Below, in pieces: positions 1 through 9,049 of a DNA stretch of 64,000 nt (its first letter is position 1; the number at the start of each line of letters is the position of its first letter). The stretch comes from an uncultured virus (IMG/VR IMGVR_UViG_3300025109_000006). Its lineage: Duplodnaviria; Heunggongvirae; Uroviricota; Caudoviricetes. The notes beneath the pieces were generated by a model. The model was given only the letters and a program-made list of their open reading frames with translations. It ran no database searches and was not told where the DNA came from. A program made the translations under genes and the position numbers. The stretch is taken from the IMG/VR virus record IMGVR_UViG_3300025109_000006; one strand, written 5' to 3'.

Positions 1-704
1 CTTCTCTGTCATGAAACCCGCCCGCAGCCCCAAGCATGAAACATGCTTGCCCTTTGAAGGAGTGACGAATGCCCTCCGCCGGAGGCATTCCTCACCTGTG
101 TTTCTGGGGACAATCCCCCTCATCCGAAGTCAGATCACCCCTCTTTCGATCTTCGATCGATTGGTGCCCCAACCAGAGGGACAAGGCCAGACGCGAGGTA
201 GACGGGGCCTCGCACGCGAGGCTCAGTTTACAAACTCATTCCCACTATTCAATGTCCAGCCCTCTTAACACCGAGCCCTTCAAGCGCTTTAGTGCCGAAC
301 GCGTTGTTATTCTCTGAAGCCTAAAGCCCTTCCGGGTCAGTTTAAGGATGTTCGGCACAGTATAAAGACGCTTGAGTACTTACGGCAATGTCCGCGTCTG
401 CCTGATCTGACTTCTCTGCTCCTCCTTTGTCCCTATGGTGTATTTAATACTTATGACGGGCATTGACTACACGCCTACACATGGTTGAGTCAATCAGTAT
501 TATTTACATAAGCATTAAATACACACTCTATCTATCTATACAATAATACAAACCATGTCATCACTCCCAAAGCATCCCCATTCGAATGAGGACGCTATGG
601 AAGCAATGACCTTTAATATTAAATGTTTTAGTTTGTTGATTTTCTATATGTCTTCAACTCATGGTGAGAATGTTCTCACTAAAACAACCCACAAGGAAAG
701 TGAA

Positions 705-1649
705 ATGTCCACAACAAAGACAACCAAGTCCGCTAAACGTCCAACCAAAGCCGCCACCAAAGCCAAGGCGAAAGCTGCTGCTACTACCCGCGCTTCAGCC
801 AAGCACTCGCGGCCTCCTGCGGAGAAGAAGCTTAGCCCCATACGCCGGCGATTTCAAGCTGCCATCGCTGCTAATCAGGCGATCGTCATTGATAGGCTGA
901 AGCTTCTTCAGGGAGAACCGGGCCGCATCCTGGTTCCTGACAATGCGAACCGCGCACTGGTGGAGACTTACATCAAGGGATGTGCGTTTACGTACGGCCC
1001 TCAGCTTAAGCAGACGGGGCTCACGGAGTTCATGTTTGACTTCGCTCGTTTGATGTATCATCCGCAGGCTGACATCCTCGACGGCCTTGACCTGGACGCG
1101 TTCTTCGCGCAGGGCGAGACCTACAACGGCGAGACTCATCTCCACGTCAACGTACCTTACACGACGTTTCTCCAAATCGTCGGACGAGGTCTTCGCGGCC
1201 AGGGGCGTAACGGAGTTGAGCCTACCGAGTCTTCCCTCCTGCACACCACCCGCGTCCTCGCCAGGATGCTGCGTCATGTCGAGACCCTGTCTTGCTGGCA
1301 GGGCGTAGGTATGGGCATAGACTTCGAAACTGGTCAGCCAGCGGAGTTTTTGTTCAAGTGGCCGAAGGAGGTCGCTATCATCAACGAGACTTACTTCCCC
1401 TTCGAGGCCAACGAGCGTCCTTACGACGAGGAGGACTACCAGGCTCGCGGAACTGGCTGGAAGAAACGGCCTGCGAGTGAAGACTCCAGGCCCACCGTTG
1501 AAGATGAGCGTTTCTTCAACGACAACACGGGGCGTTGGGAAGCAACCCAAGTGGAGGACTACAATGCGACTAACGAGCAAGACGCGTCGAATGAACTCAC
1601 TCGGGCGCACAACAAGAACCAGCGTCTCCTCAAGAGCCTGCGCGACTAA
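705..1649 (+). CDS. Hypothetical protein with Lys/Ala/Thr-rich basic N-terminus
   Basis: Long ORF; start moved to ATG 705 behind AAGGAAAG; followed by an intrinsic terminator. Confidence 0.8.
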   Translation: MSTTKTTKSAKRPTKAATKAKAKAAATTRASAKHSRPPAEKKLSPIRRRFQAAIAANQAIVIDRLKLLQGEPGRILVPDNANRALVETYIKGCAFTYGPQLKQTGLTEFMFDFARLMYHPQADILDGLDLDAFFAQGETYNGETHLHVNVPYTTFLQIVGRGLRGQGRNGVEPTESSLLHTTRVLARMLRHVETLSCWQGVGMGIDFETGQPAEFLFKWPKEVAIINETYFPFEANERPYDEEDYQARGTGWKKRPASEDSRPTVEDERFFNDNTGRWEATQVEDYNATNEQDASNELTRAHNKNQRLLKSLRD

Positions 1650-1663
1650 GCGGGCTTACCTTC

Positions 1664-1699
1664 AGCCTCGGGGTGTTAACGCACTCCGGGGCTTTTTTT
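1664..1699 (+). terminator. Rho-independent terminator
   Basis: AGCCTCGGGGTGT-TAAC-GCACTCCGGGGCT 13-bp stem (with G-U pairs) followed by a T run. Confidence 0.85.
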
Positions 1700-1900
1700 C
1701 TGCAGAGACAGGGGGCTTGGAAAGGAAATGTCTGCCGACATTACACTCTTTTCTTATTGGACACACCCCACCTCTCCACCACTTCTCGGCCCTCATCTCC
1801 GAACCTCTCTACCAATGCCGACAGCCAACGGCAGGGGAGTTCACAATCGGTCAACTGGTTTTTTTAAAGTCTAAACCACTTTTCATTTATACTCTACTCC

Positions 1901-2184
1901 GGTTACCCAGTAACCACAAGCGTTACCACAAGTGGGTTACACCATATGGTAGGTACATACTTACATTTAAAAGAGTGTAACCACTGTAACCACATAAATG
2001 AATACATAGATTTTCTGAGTGAATCTTCTTTAAGTTCTTTACTTATACCCTTTTATTGCCCAAGTACAGAGCTACTCAGCCTACCCATCCATACCCTCGA
2101 ACGTGTGGTTACGTGGTTACACCTCGATAGTCCAGGTTGTTCCTGGGTTATCCCGTTACCACCTGTATATAGGTGGTTACACTC
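1901..2184. repeat. Cluster of GTGGTTAC/GTAACCAC direct and inverted repeats around an AT-rich core; candidate replication origin
   Basis: About 10 copies or variants (1901, 1910, 1922, 1935, 1977, 1986, 2105, 2113, 2155, 2173); GAGTGTAACCAC 1973-1984 is the reverse complement of 2173-2184. Confidence 0.7.
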
Positions 2185-2220
2185 ACCCGACACGCTACCC
2201 GTAGTGTCTCCAAGGTAGAT

Positions 2221-2379
2221 ATGATTGGATATATATACACAGGAACTACCAACTTTGTGTGCGGCATCAACCCGTACACATACTGCGTGGAAGGTGACGA
2301 CGATTTTGTATTGATGGTCTGCCTTCAGTATGAAGCATGGGGACACCGCGTAGTCCTCATCGATAGGGAAACAGTTTGA
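2221..2379 (+). CDS. Small hypothetical protein
   Basis: AAGGT RBS-like sequence before ATG 2221; first gene of the + strand early block. Confidence 0.5.
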   Translation: MIGYIYTGTTNFVCGINPYTYCVEGDDDFVLMVCLQYEAWGHRVVLIDRETV

Positions 2380-2605
2380 AGGGAAGCCTTGATAGTCTAA
2401 GGATGTATCGTGCGTAACAAGCACAAAAGCGATGCATCAAGTTGTATGTCCAACTGCAGCTATCAAGCCAGGTTCTCAATGCCTGACCAAAGATTGATCG
2501 CCAATGACATTCGGTGCCCCATGTCGTTGAAGAAAACATATAGGGGCACCATCATCCCAGGCTTTTGACAGTAGTAAGAGGCCAACCCAGAGACAGGAGT
2601 GACCC

Positions 2606-3412
2606 ATGCCAGGACCCGACTACGTCTTGATACCAGCAAGCAACCCTCTGTGCCAAGAGCTACAGCGAGGACACGACAACTGTTCAGCCGGAGCATTACT
2701 TAGTAGTGTCCGACATCATAGAGATCGTACTGGTGAATGGTTGGTCGGTCCAATACCTGACGCACCCAATCCCGATGAGCCTTATGCCAACGTGCTTCCA
2801 GGTGACAACGTAGCTGCCTTACCCGATCAACATAAGAGGAAGAACATATACTTCATCCGCTTCTGGACTCGCGACTGTAAGCAATGTGGCAAAGCAATCA
2901 CGTACAAAGACAACTGGAACGATGGAAAATGGTGCGACACATGTGCAGCCATCGACCCATCATCCCCACCATTATCCCCAGATCAAATGGGCATTGCCCG
3001 CAACACCATAGACATTCTCACCAACGACGCACGTAGGATCATGAGTGAAGCTCGAGCACAAGCCAAGGCCAGTCTCGAAGACACGCGTACCCTTGAACAA
3101 TTGATCACATTCGAACTCACCAAGTTTGGGATCACCACCAACGATATCTCTGTTCGTTACGAAAACGACTACGACATGGGTGCATGGTATTTGACCGGTA
3201 GCTTCGAGATCCCACCAGACCTCGACGATCTTGAAGCAATCGAGGCTTTCGAAACCGCCCTCCCACAATGGTGTTCCATTATTTCTCCCGGTCAATGTAA
3301 AAGTAGTCACAGCAGCCACGAAATATACAGCCGTCACGAGTCGCGCATGTGGGTTTACGGCCCATGCTCAACTGCGATCCGACTCGAAACCGCTTTCACC
3401 AGCATCTACTAA
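2606..3412 (+). CDS. Hypothetical protein with CxxC...CxxC zinc finger
   Basis: AGGAG RBS; CKQC and CDTC motifs. Confidence 0.75.
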   Translation: MPGPDYVLIPASNPLCQELQRGHDNCSAGALLSSVRHHRDRTGEWLVGPIPDAPNPDEPYANVLPGDNVAALPDQHKRKNIYFIRFWTRDCKQCGKAITYKDNWNDGKWCDTCAAIDPSSPPLSPDQMGIARNTIDILTNDARRIMSEARAQAKASLEDTRTLEQLITFELTKFGITTNDISVRYENDYDMGAWYLTGSFEIPPDLDDLEAIEAFETALPQWCSIISPGQCKSSHSSHEIYSRHESRMWVYGPCSTAIRLETAFTSIY

Positions 3413-3431
3413 AGGAGACTAAGCTTTAGAA

Positions 3432-3635
3432 TTACGCGTCGTTTGAAGCGAATTGACCCGAGCATATTCAACGGGTCATATCTCTATACAGTTAATGGAA
3501 AGCCAATATGCTGGTTGCAGGTTCGGCTCCTGCTGGAGTGCTCAGTATGCTCCAATGAACTCTATATAGAGAGCGCGTAAGAGGAGGTGGGACTAGCGTT
3601 GATTACGATCAGCGGCCCACCTCCTCACTTCTTTT
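3432..3635 (+). ncRNA. Candidate structured non-coding RNA with a tRNA-like T-arm
   Basis: Intergenic; nested stems TTACGCG/CGCGTAA, TGACCCG/CGGGTCA, TCTCTATA/TATAGAGA, GCAGG-TTCGGCT-CCTGC; terminal 11-bp hairpin plus T-rich tail. Confidence 0.55.
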
Positions 3636-3658
3636 CCCCTACCCAACTAGGTTTCATC

Positions 3659-3907
3659 ATGATTCTATTCGAGATACGCAGGGCCAATGATCGAGGATCA
3701 ATGTGGGTAAACCCTAATCACATTATCTCCATATTCGAAAAGGAATTCTCATTAACGGTTCCGACCGAGACCGACGGTATTCGAACGGTGACCGAGGATA
3801 GTTTTCTCGGTACAGCCGTTAGTGTTCACAGCTATGAATGGGACCTTGAAACCAAAGAACCCATTGCCTCTATCCTTGCACGACTCCATCACCTTGAAGG
3901 GAAATAA
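3659..3907 (+). CDS. Small hypothetical protein (weak FlbD-like WVNPNHIISI motif)
   Basis: Start moved to ATG 3659, downstream of the structured RNA. Confidence 0.6.
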   Translation: MILFEIRRANDRGSMWVNPNHIISIFEKEFSLTVPTETDGIRTVTEDSFLGTAVSVHSYEWDLETKEPIASILARLHHLEGK

Positions 3908-3910
3908 CTC

Positions 3911-4465
3911 ATGCGTACCCGTACGAACATCACCCCAGACATGACCCGGTTCATTGTGGGCTGCGTCAACCAGGAATGTCCAGCACTTCAAATGGATTGC
4001 GACGAACTCGATGACTGGCTCACACAGCATGGGCGCATGAGGTTCTACATACCCGAGCACAACCCAGACTCATACAGCAAAGTGACTGACGTGTACGGGA
4101 CATTCGAGAAAGGTGAGTACGAGTACTACCACATGGAGACTATCTGTTGCTCGCTCTGTGATGCTGGCGTTGAAGTCTTTGACCACACACCACCACGAAA
4201 GAGATTCCTTGTTGGTCCTCCTAACCCCGACAATTGGATTGAACCCTTTGAGTGCTACCAGGTGAAGGTAACGAACGTACGAAAAGCAGACCTCGGCACT
4301 ATCTTTTGGGACCCACGCACTAAACATATACCCACCGGACGACCACCGACCATTTGTGACATCGAATGTCCCTGCGGCATGCAGGTATCGGTAACGCATG
4401 ACCAATGGATTGAGTTGGTATGCGGAAACTGCAACGCAGAATTGTACCGGATCAACCCAGCATGA
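3911..4465 (+). CDS. Cys-rich hypothetical protein (zinc ribbons)
   Basis: Several CxxC-type pairs; tight operon packing. Confidence 0.7.
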   Translation: MRTRTNITPDMTRFIVGCVNQECPALQMDCDELDDWLTQHGRMRFYIPEHNPDSYSKVTDVYGTFEKGEYEYYHMETICCSLCDAGVEVFDHTPPRKRFLVGPPNPDNWIEPFECYQVKVTNVRKADLGTIFWDPRTKHIPTGRPPTICDIECPCGMQVSVTHDQWIELVCGNCNAELYRINPA

Positions 4466-4698
4466 CACACCCAGTCCCATTCAAAGACCGGTCACCAGAA
4501 GAACAGGCCAAGATGCGCGATGCTCTGGACCGAATCGAAACTCTCGGCCACCAAATGTGGGAACTCGATCGCGAGATCCGACGCCTCACAGAGAAACGAA
4601 ACGCCATCAAGATTGGTTGGCACGCAGCCCGTGACGAATTCTACACCTCCATTGGCAAACCAAATCCGTACCCCGGAAAAGGAAAATCAATACCATGA
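4462..4698 (+). CDS. Hypothetical coiled-coil protein
   Basis: ATGA overlaps with both neighbours. Confidence 0.7.
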   Translation: MTHPVPFKDRSPEEQAKMRDALDRIETLGHQMWELDREIRRLTEKRNAIKIGWHAARDEFYTSIGKPNPYPGKGKSIP

Positions 4699-4958
4699 TT
4701 CTAACTCTTCACCTATCTGATATTGAGGCTGAACTGCTTCGCATTATTCTCAACGTGAATGTTTCATCGCTCACCGAATTGTTCGAGGACGGCGTTGATC
4801 CACTCCCGGTTGAAACTAAAAAGGCAATCGCACTTTGTGAGCGTGTGTCTGAAATGATTGAGATCAAGCAGGCTTTCGCCGCCATCGATGCAATTTACGA
4901 CGGGACCGCCACCCATATTTGTGCCAACGGTCTCCTCGATCCATCCACCAAAAGCTAA
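4695..4958 (+). CDS. Hypothetical protein
   Basis: ATGA overlap with the upstream gene. Confidence 0.7.
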   Translation: MILTLHLSDIEAELLRIILNVNVSSLTELFEDGVDPLPVETKKAIALCERVSEMIEIKQAFAAIDAIYDGTATHICANGLLDPSTKS

Positions 4959-5164
4959 TCCTTCCCACCATTATCAAAGGGGTTGAACCATCATGTCCCT
5001 TAAGCAAGAACATCAACAAGCTGATCAACTATTGCAGCAACAGCACGATCAACATTGGATCGATAGAGAACACGATGATCACACACGTCGCACTCATTGC
5101 CCTACTCACTCTCTACTTCACGATGACGTTCACCATCTTCATCAACTTGTATTAGGAGGTTCCG

Positions 5165-5614
5165 ATGGTCTCACTAAATAAGCCTACACCAACCAAGTCC
5201 CCCAACTGTGAGGTGTATTGCTTCCCTGAATGGCAAGGTACTGCGATGGACCTGATTGTTCTCGTCGGTGTCCTGTTAGGTAAGGGGCTTATTCATTCTG
5301 CTCATATTGTCTATATGGATTACCTTTATCTCGGGTACAACACCAAGCTTGAAATCATACCGGGCACGGGCCTTCAACTCTCCAAGCTTCACCCATCCGA
5401 TCACTGGTTCCCTGACCTAGCCCAAGCCATAGCAAATGAAATCACCTCCGTCATTTCCGACGACCATCGTCCCAATATTTCTTTCGACAAATATGATGAA
5501 GAAAAGGAATGGTGGATTCGCAACAACCTTCGATCCCAGAAGCATAATGACATGCCTCTCAACCATCCATTAAGGATGACCCCCAACAATCCGCAAGGAG
5601 ACAATCATGAATAG
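5165..5614 (+). CDS. Hypothetical protein
   Basis: AGGAGG RBS. Confidence 0.7.
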   Translation: MVSLNKPTPTKSPNCEVYCFPEWQGTAMDLIVLVGVLLGKGLIHSAHIVYMDYLYLGYNTKLEIIPGTGLQLSKLHPSDHWFPDLAQAIANEITSVISDDHRPNISFDKYDEEKEWWIRNNLRSQKHNDMPLNHPLRMTPNNPQGDNHE

Positions 5615-5990
5615 AGTTATCATTACCGGCAACCTCGGAGCAGACCCAACGCTCCGCCAAACAGCAGGCGGCACAGCCGTAGCTAACCTCAGCGTAGCTA
5701 CCAACGAACGTGTCAAGTCTGGCACCGAGTGGGTCGATCATACCGAGTGGCACAACATTGTAGTCTTCGGTGGACAAGCTACTAGCTGCGCCAAGTTCCT
5801 CGCCAAAGGTTCCAAGGTAGCAGTGGAAGGCAAGCTTCGTACTCGTGCATTCACTGACCGCAATGGCCAGGAGCGCAAGAGCACTGAGGTTCTGGCAGAC
5901 CGGGTCGAGTTTATGAGTAAGGCTAAGTCCTCCTCTGCTCCCCCACCAACTACCAGTACTGCCAACAACATGGATGAAATCCCCTTTTAA
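5607..5990 (+). CDS. ssb: Single-stranded DNA-binding protein
   Basis: NRVIITGNLGADP, TEWHNIVVFG, KGSKVAVEGKLRTR and C-terminal DEIPF tail. Confidence 0.97.
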   Translation: MNRVIITGNLGADPTLRQTAGGTAVANLSVATNERVKSGTEWVDHTEWHNIVVFGGQATSCAKFLAKGSKVAVEGKLRTRAFTDRNGQERKSTEVLADRVEFMSKAKSSSAPPPTTSTANNMDEIPF

Positions 5991-6004
5991 TATAGGAGGG
6001 GCTT

Positions 6005-6331
6005 ATGTCCGACGACAAAAAGGGGAAGGGCCGTACACCACCGGCTCCACCCCGCTTACTTTCCAAACGTTCCACCACTCAAACCCCACGCGACCGGTAT
6101 GTTGCGTGGCTCAATCAACTTCAACAACCCAATACTACAATCCTCAAGAAGGGTACAACCCAGCCAACCTCAGGTCTCCCACTGTTACCTGCCAAGGCTG
6201 CGCTGTTGTTAGCTGTATACGACGGACTCATACCAGCTTCACCGGAACACAAACTAAACATTGTGTTTCATGAGCTACTGCGCCACCCGCGCAAAGGTAA
6301 AATCCCCGTATGGCCAATTTCAGATGCCTGA
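6005..6331 (+). CDS. Hypothetical protein
   Basis: AGGAGG RBS. Confidence 0.65.
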   Translation: MSDDKKGKGRTPPAPPRLLSKRSTTQTPRDRYVAWLNQLQQPNTTILKKGTTQPTSGLPLLPAKAALLLAVYDGLIPASPEHKLNIVFHELLRHPRKGKIPVWPISDA

Positions 6332-6570
6332 ATAGAGACTCCGAAGAATGGCATAATGCCTGGGCAATAGTGTTCAATACCCCATTCGCTGAACGCAAAC
6401 GTGGCGCCGTTAAAAGCTACGAGCGTTGGCAGTATATGGGTAGCCATCAGAAACCTGATGACCCTACTTGGTATCACCACTTTCGCCATCGTTACCACCC
6501 CCAGACTGGTCAGTGTGAGCATATTGAAATCCCATGCGCTGACACTACCGCACTCTACACCCCCAACTAA
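6310..6570 (+). CDS. Hypothetical phage protein (WQYMGS...HHFRHRYHP motif)
   Basis: ORF in operon; motif resembles small conserved phage/plasmid proteins. Confidence 0.65.
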   Translation: MANFRCLNRDSEEWHNAWAIVFNTPFAERKRGAVKSYERWQYMGSHQKPDDPTWYHHFRHRYHPQTGQCEHIEIPCADTTALYTPN

Positions 6571-6579
6571 AGGTCCATC

Positions 6580-7509
6580 ATGGAATCATTTAACTCCACC
6601 CCAATCGATGCACTGCGCTTGAATAACGAGATACCTCGGGCTCGAGTCGCACCGCTACCTGAACTCAGGTCCCAGCAAATCATGACAGTCGGAGCACCTG
6701 AAGCTTACCGCACTGACTACCGCACAGTATGTGAAGTGCTGGTACCCGACACTGAGTACCATCCCAAGTCAGGCAACGCCAGCTATCAGCCAGTACCCTA
6801 CGCATCGTTCATCAACGGCGCACGGGATGCAATGGCCAACCAGCTAAACGCTGAACCAGTGTTCGAGACATACGCCTTGAACAAATCAGGTCAGCAGTTG
6901 TTCGGCATGATTGGCTTTGGCTCTGGCCTCACTGGTCAGGCAATCACTGTGGCCCTTCGGTCCAGCTATGACAAGTCCATCGCCAACCAGGTAGCAATCG
7001 GTAGTGCGCCATTCATCTGTGCCAACGGGTGCTTCTCCGGTGAGCATATGATTAGTGCCAAGCACACAACCAATGTCTTCGAGACACTTGGTCGCATGCT
7101 CACGGAAATCACTGACACAGCCGTTGCGCCAGTCATCGAACGCATTCGAATGATTGATGGTTGGAAAGGCATTCCAGTGCACAACGACTTGTTCGGAGCC
7201 TACATGGGTGTCTTGTTCTCTCGTGGACTCATCAAGCCCAACTCGTTCAACGCTGCCTTCCGCTACTGGAACGATTGCCACAACGGTGACCTCCATGAGG
7301 AGCATGGCATGAACGACTTGTTCTCGGCTTACCAGGCTGTCACAGCAGCCGGTCAGCGTAGCCCACCCAACCAGGCCTTCCGCCACTTCGCCGGTATCGA
7401 CCACGCAACCAAGGCTATCGCCGAGGCTGGTGGTGCAGTCACCGACGCACGCATCCCGAGCTTCGACCTTCGGGTTCGTGAGTACGTGGACGTTGGCGAG
7501 GCCAAGTAG
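6580..7509 (+). CDS. DUF932/DUF945-like phage protein
   Basis: YQPVPY, LRSSYDKS, FICANG and KHT motifs typical of the family. Confidence 0.75.
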   Translation: MESFNSTPIDALRLNNEIPRARVAPLPELRSQQIMTVGAPEAYRTDYRTVCEVLVPDTEYHPKSGNASYQPVPYASFINGARDAMANQLNAEPVFETYALNKSGQQLFGMIGFGSGLTGQAITVALRSSYDKSIANQVAIGSAPFICANGCFSGEHMISAKHTTNVFETLGRMLTEITDTAVAPVIERIRMIDGWKGIPVHNDLFGAYMGVLFSRGLIKPNSFNAAFRYWNDCHNGDLHEEHGMNDLFSAYQAVTAAGQRSPPNQAFRHFAGIDHATKAIAEAGGAVTDARIPSFDLRVREYVDVGEAK

Positions 7510-7511
7510 TC

Positions 7512-7715
7512 ATGAATCCAACACTACACACTGACCAAGTATTCAACATGCAAATCACCACGTCCGATGCAGCCCTGCTGTACCGGGCCCTCGGGTTTGC
7601 CGAGAGTGAAACAAATATAGCAAACGTTGTTTCGACCAAATCATACCAACGCCTTCGGGCGCTCAAACATCAGCTTGAAAACCTCGCAACAACACTCGTG
7701 ACATACACCGAGTAG
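7512..7715 (+). CDS. Small hypothetical protein
   Basis: Tightly packed after the DUF932-like gene. Confidence 0.6.
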   Translation: MNPTLHTDQVFNMQITTSDAALLYRALGFAESETNIANVVSTKSYQRLRALKHQLENLATTLVTYTE

Positions 7716-7729
7716 ATCCTTTGTGGTTC

Positions 7730-7833
7730 GCCGGGTCATCCAGATGCTCCAAAACCCGGCATCTTTCCATGCCAGTCCTCGACTCACCAGACCAATCCTT
7801 AGCTCACCGGACCGTACCGATCCAAGCCATTCT
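7730..7833. repeat. Pentamer-periodic unit 0 (hairpin + 13 x NN-DCC; GGH-NN on - strand); candidate guide RNA
   Basis: GCCGGGT/ACCCGGC hairpin 7730-7760, then tttcc atgcc agtcc tcgac tcacc agacc aatcc ttagc tcacc ggacc gtacc gatcc aagcc (7764-7828). Confidence 0.85.
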
Positions 7834-7857
7834 TTCTCACCAACAACAGGAGTACAT

Positions 7858-8409
7858 ATGTACACAACCCAACAGGTAAAGGAAGCTGCCGAACAAGCAG
7901 CAGAAAAAACAGCAGCCACAATCGCAGGCGATCCCACCTTCCGCTTCGTAACAATGGAAGACCTCATCGCAATGTCAGGGCTCACGCCACCTGATGAAAA
8001 CGAACCCAGCCAGATCGTAACGAAACAATGGGGCTTCAACCTTATGCAGTTGCGAGAGAACTGGAGACACCTCGTCCTCGACCAGGTCGGTCGTTGGCCA
8101 AAGACAGTCCGAGGCGTAGGCTTCGAGATCCTTGACCCGCCCAAGAACATCCAGCACGCAGACACAAAGGTGCTGCATGATGTCGTTCGGGCAATCGCCA
8201 AGGGCAAGCGAATCATTCGCAAGACCAGGAACTCCGACCTCACCCAGCAAGAGCAGCGCCGCAAGATCAACAGTGACCTTCGGTTCAGCGCTCTCCAGTC
8301 AGCCGCACTCAGCGCAGAGGCCCAGGCCGAACGCGAACGCATGTGGCGAGACGAACCGTCCACCCCTCAATCAACCACACCTCTCACCCAACCACAGGAT
8401 GACTCATGA
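7858..8409 (+). CDS. Partner protein of the RAMP-like gene (unknown function)
   Basis: AGGAG RBS before ATG 7858; ATGA-coupled to the RAMP-like gene; KTVRGVGFEI resembles a winged-helix wing. Confidence 0.8.
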   Translation: MYTTQQVKEAAEQAAEKTAATIAGDPTFRFVTMEDLIAMSGLTPPDENEPSQIVTKQWGFNLMQLRENWRHLVLDQVGRWPKTVRGVGFEILDPPKNIQHADTKVLHDVVRAIAKGKRIIRKTRNSDLTQQEQRRKINSDLRFSALQSAALSAEAQAERERMWRDEPSTPQSTTPLTQPQDDS

Positions 8410-9035
8410 AAACCGTTAAGTTCCGCCTATCCGGCGACTGTCTGATGCTGCAGAACGGCCAGACCGCCAACCCCCGAAACAAATACGCCAAGCGACTCAA
8501 GGAGTTGAACAAGGACAAGAAGCGCAAGGGCGCAGATGTCGACGCCATCCTCGACAAGATGGCTGATGTCGAGGTCGAGTCCTGCCTATACTGGAACGAT
8601 CACCTCGGCCTACACATGCCATCCGAGAACATACGTGCGGCCTTCATCGATGGAGCCAAGCTCAGTCGAGGCGGAGCAAACGTCAAACGTTACTGCTTCG
8701 TCATGGGCCCAGCCAAGCTCATCTACGACGGCCCCCAGGACATAGAGGGAATCGTAGCTGACAAGAACTTCCATTACGAAGCCATCGTAAAGGTAGGCAT
8801 GGTCAAGGTACCCAAGTCCAGAGCCGTGGTTCACGACTGGTCATGCGAGATCGAAATAGGTCTCATGCCTGGAGATGTCATCGATGAGAGGGATGTCATC
8901 AAGTACATGACTGATGCTGGTTTGTATTGTGGAATCGGAGCAAGCCGCACTTACGGCTTCGGAAGGTTCACCGCAGTAGCAGCCGACGCCAAGGGCAAGT
9001 ACCCCAAGGCTAAGCTCGCAGCCGCAGCCAAGTAA
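8406..9035 (+). CDS. Stand-alone RAMP / Cas7-like RNA-binding protein
   Basis: N-terminal strand VKFRLSG..LML, MPSENIRAAFIDGA helix, SRAVVHDWSCEIEI strand, C-terminal G-rich loop AGLYCGIGASRTYGFGRF. Confidence 0.85.
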   Translation: MKTVKFRLSGDCLMLQNGQTANPRNKYAKRLKELNKDKKRKGADVDAILDKMADVEVESCLYWNDHLGLHMPSENIRAAFIDGAKLSRGGANVKRYCFVMGPAKLIYDGPQDIEGIVADKNFHYEAIVKVGMVKVPKSRAVVHDWSCEIEIGLMPGDVIDERDVIKYMTDAGLYCGIGASRTYGFGRFTAVAADAKGKYPKAKLAAAAK

Positions 9036-9049
9036 TCTATACGAGCAGG

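Noticed and set aside
795..1610. Long antisense ORFs (e.g. 795..1610, 7641..8363, 15283..15903)
   Set aside because: Shadows of better-supported genes on the opposite strand; no RBS or recognisable motifs
3481..3545. Functional tRNA gene
   Set aside because: A T-arm mimic is present, but there is no proper 7-bp acceptor stem, 7-nt anticodon loop or CCA; reported as a structured RNA instead
4993..5181. His/Gln-rich 62-aa ORF
   Set aside because: Competes with an overlapping short hydrophobic ORF in another frame; cannot decide which is real
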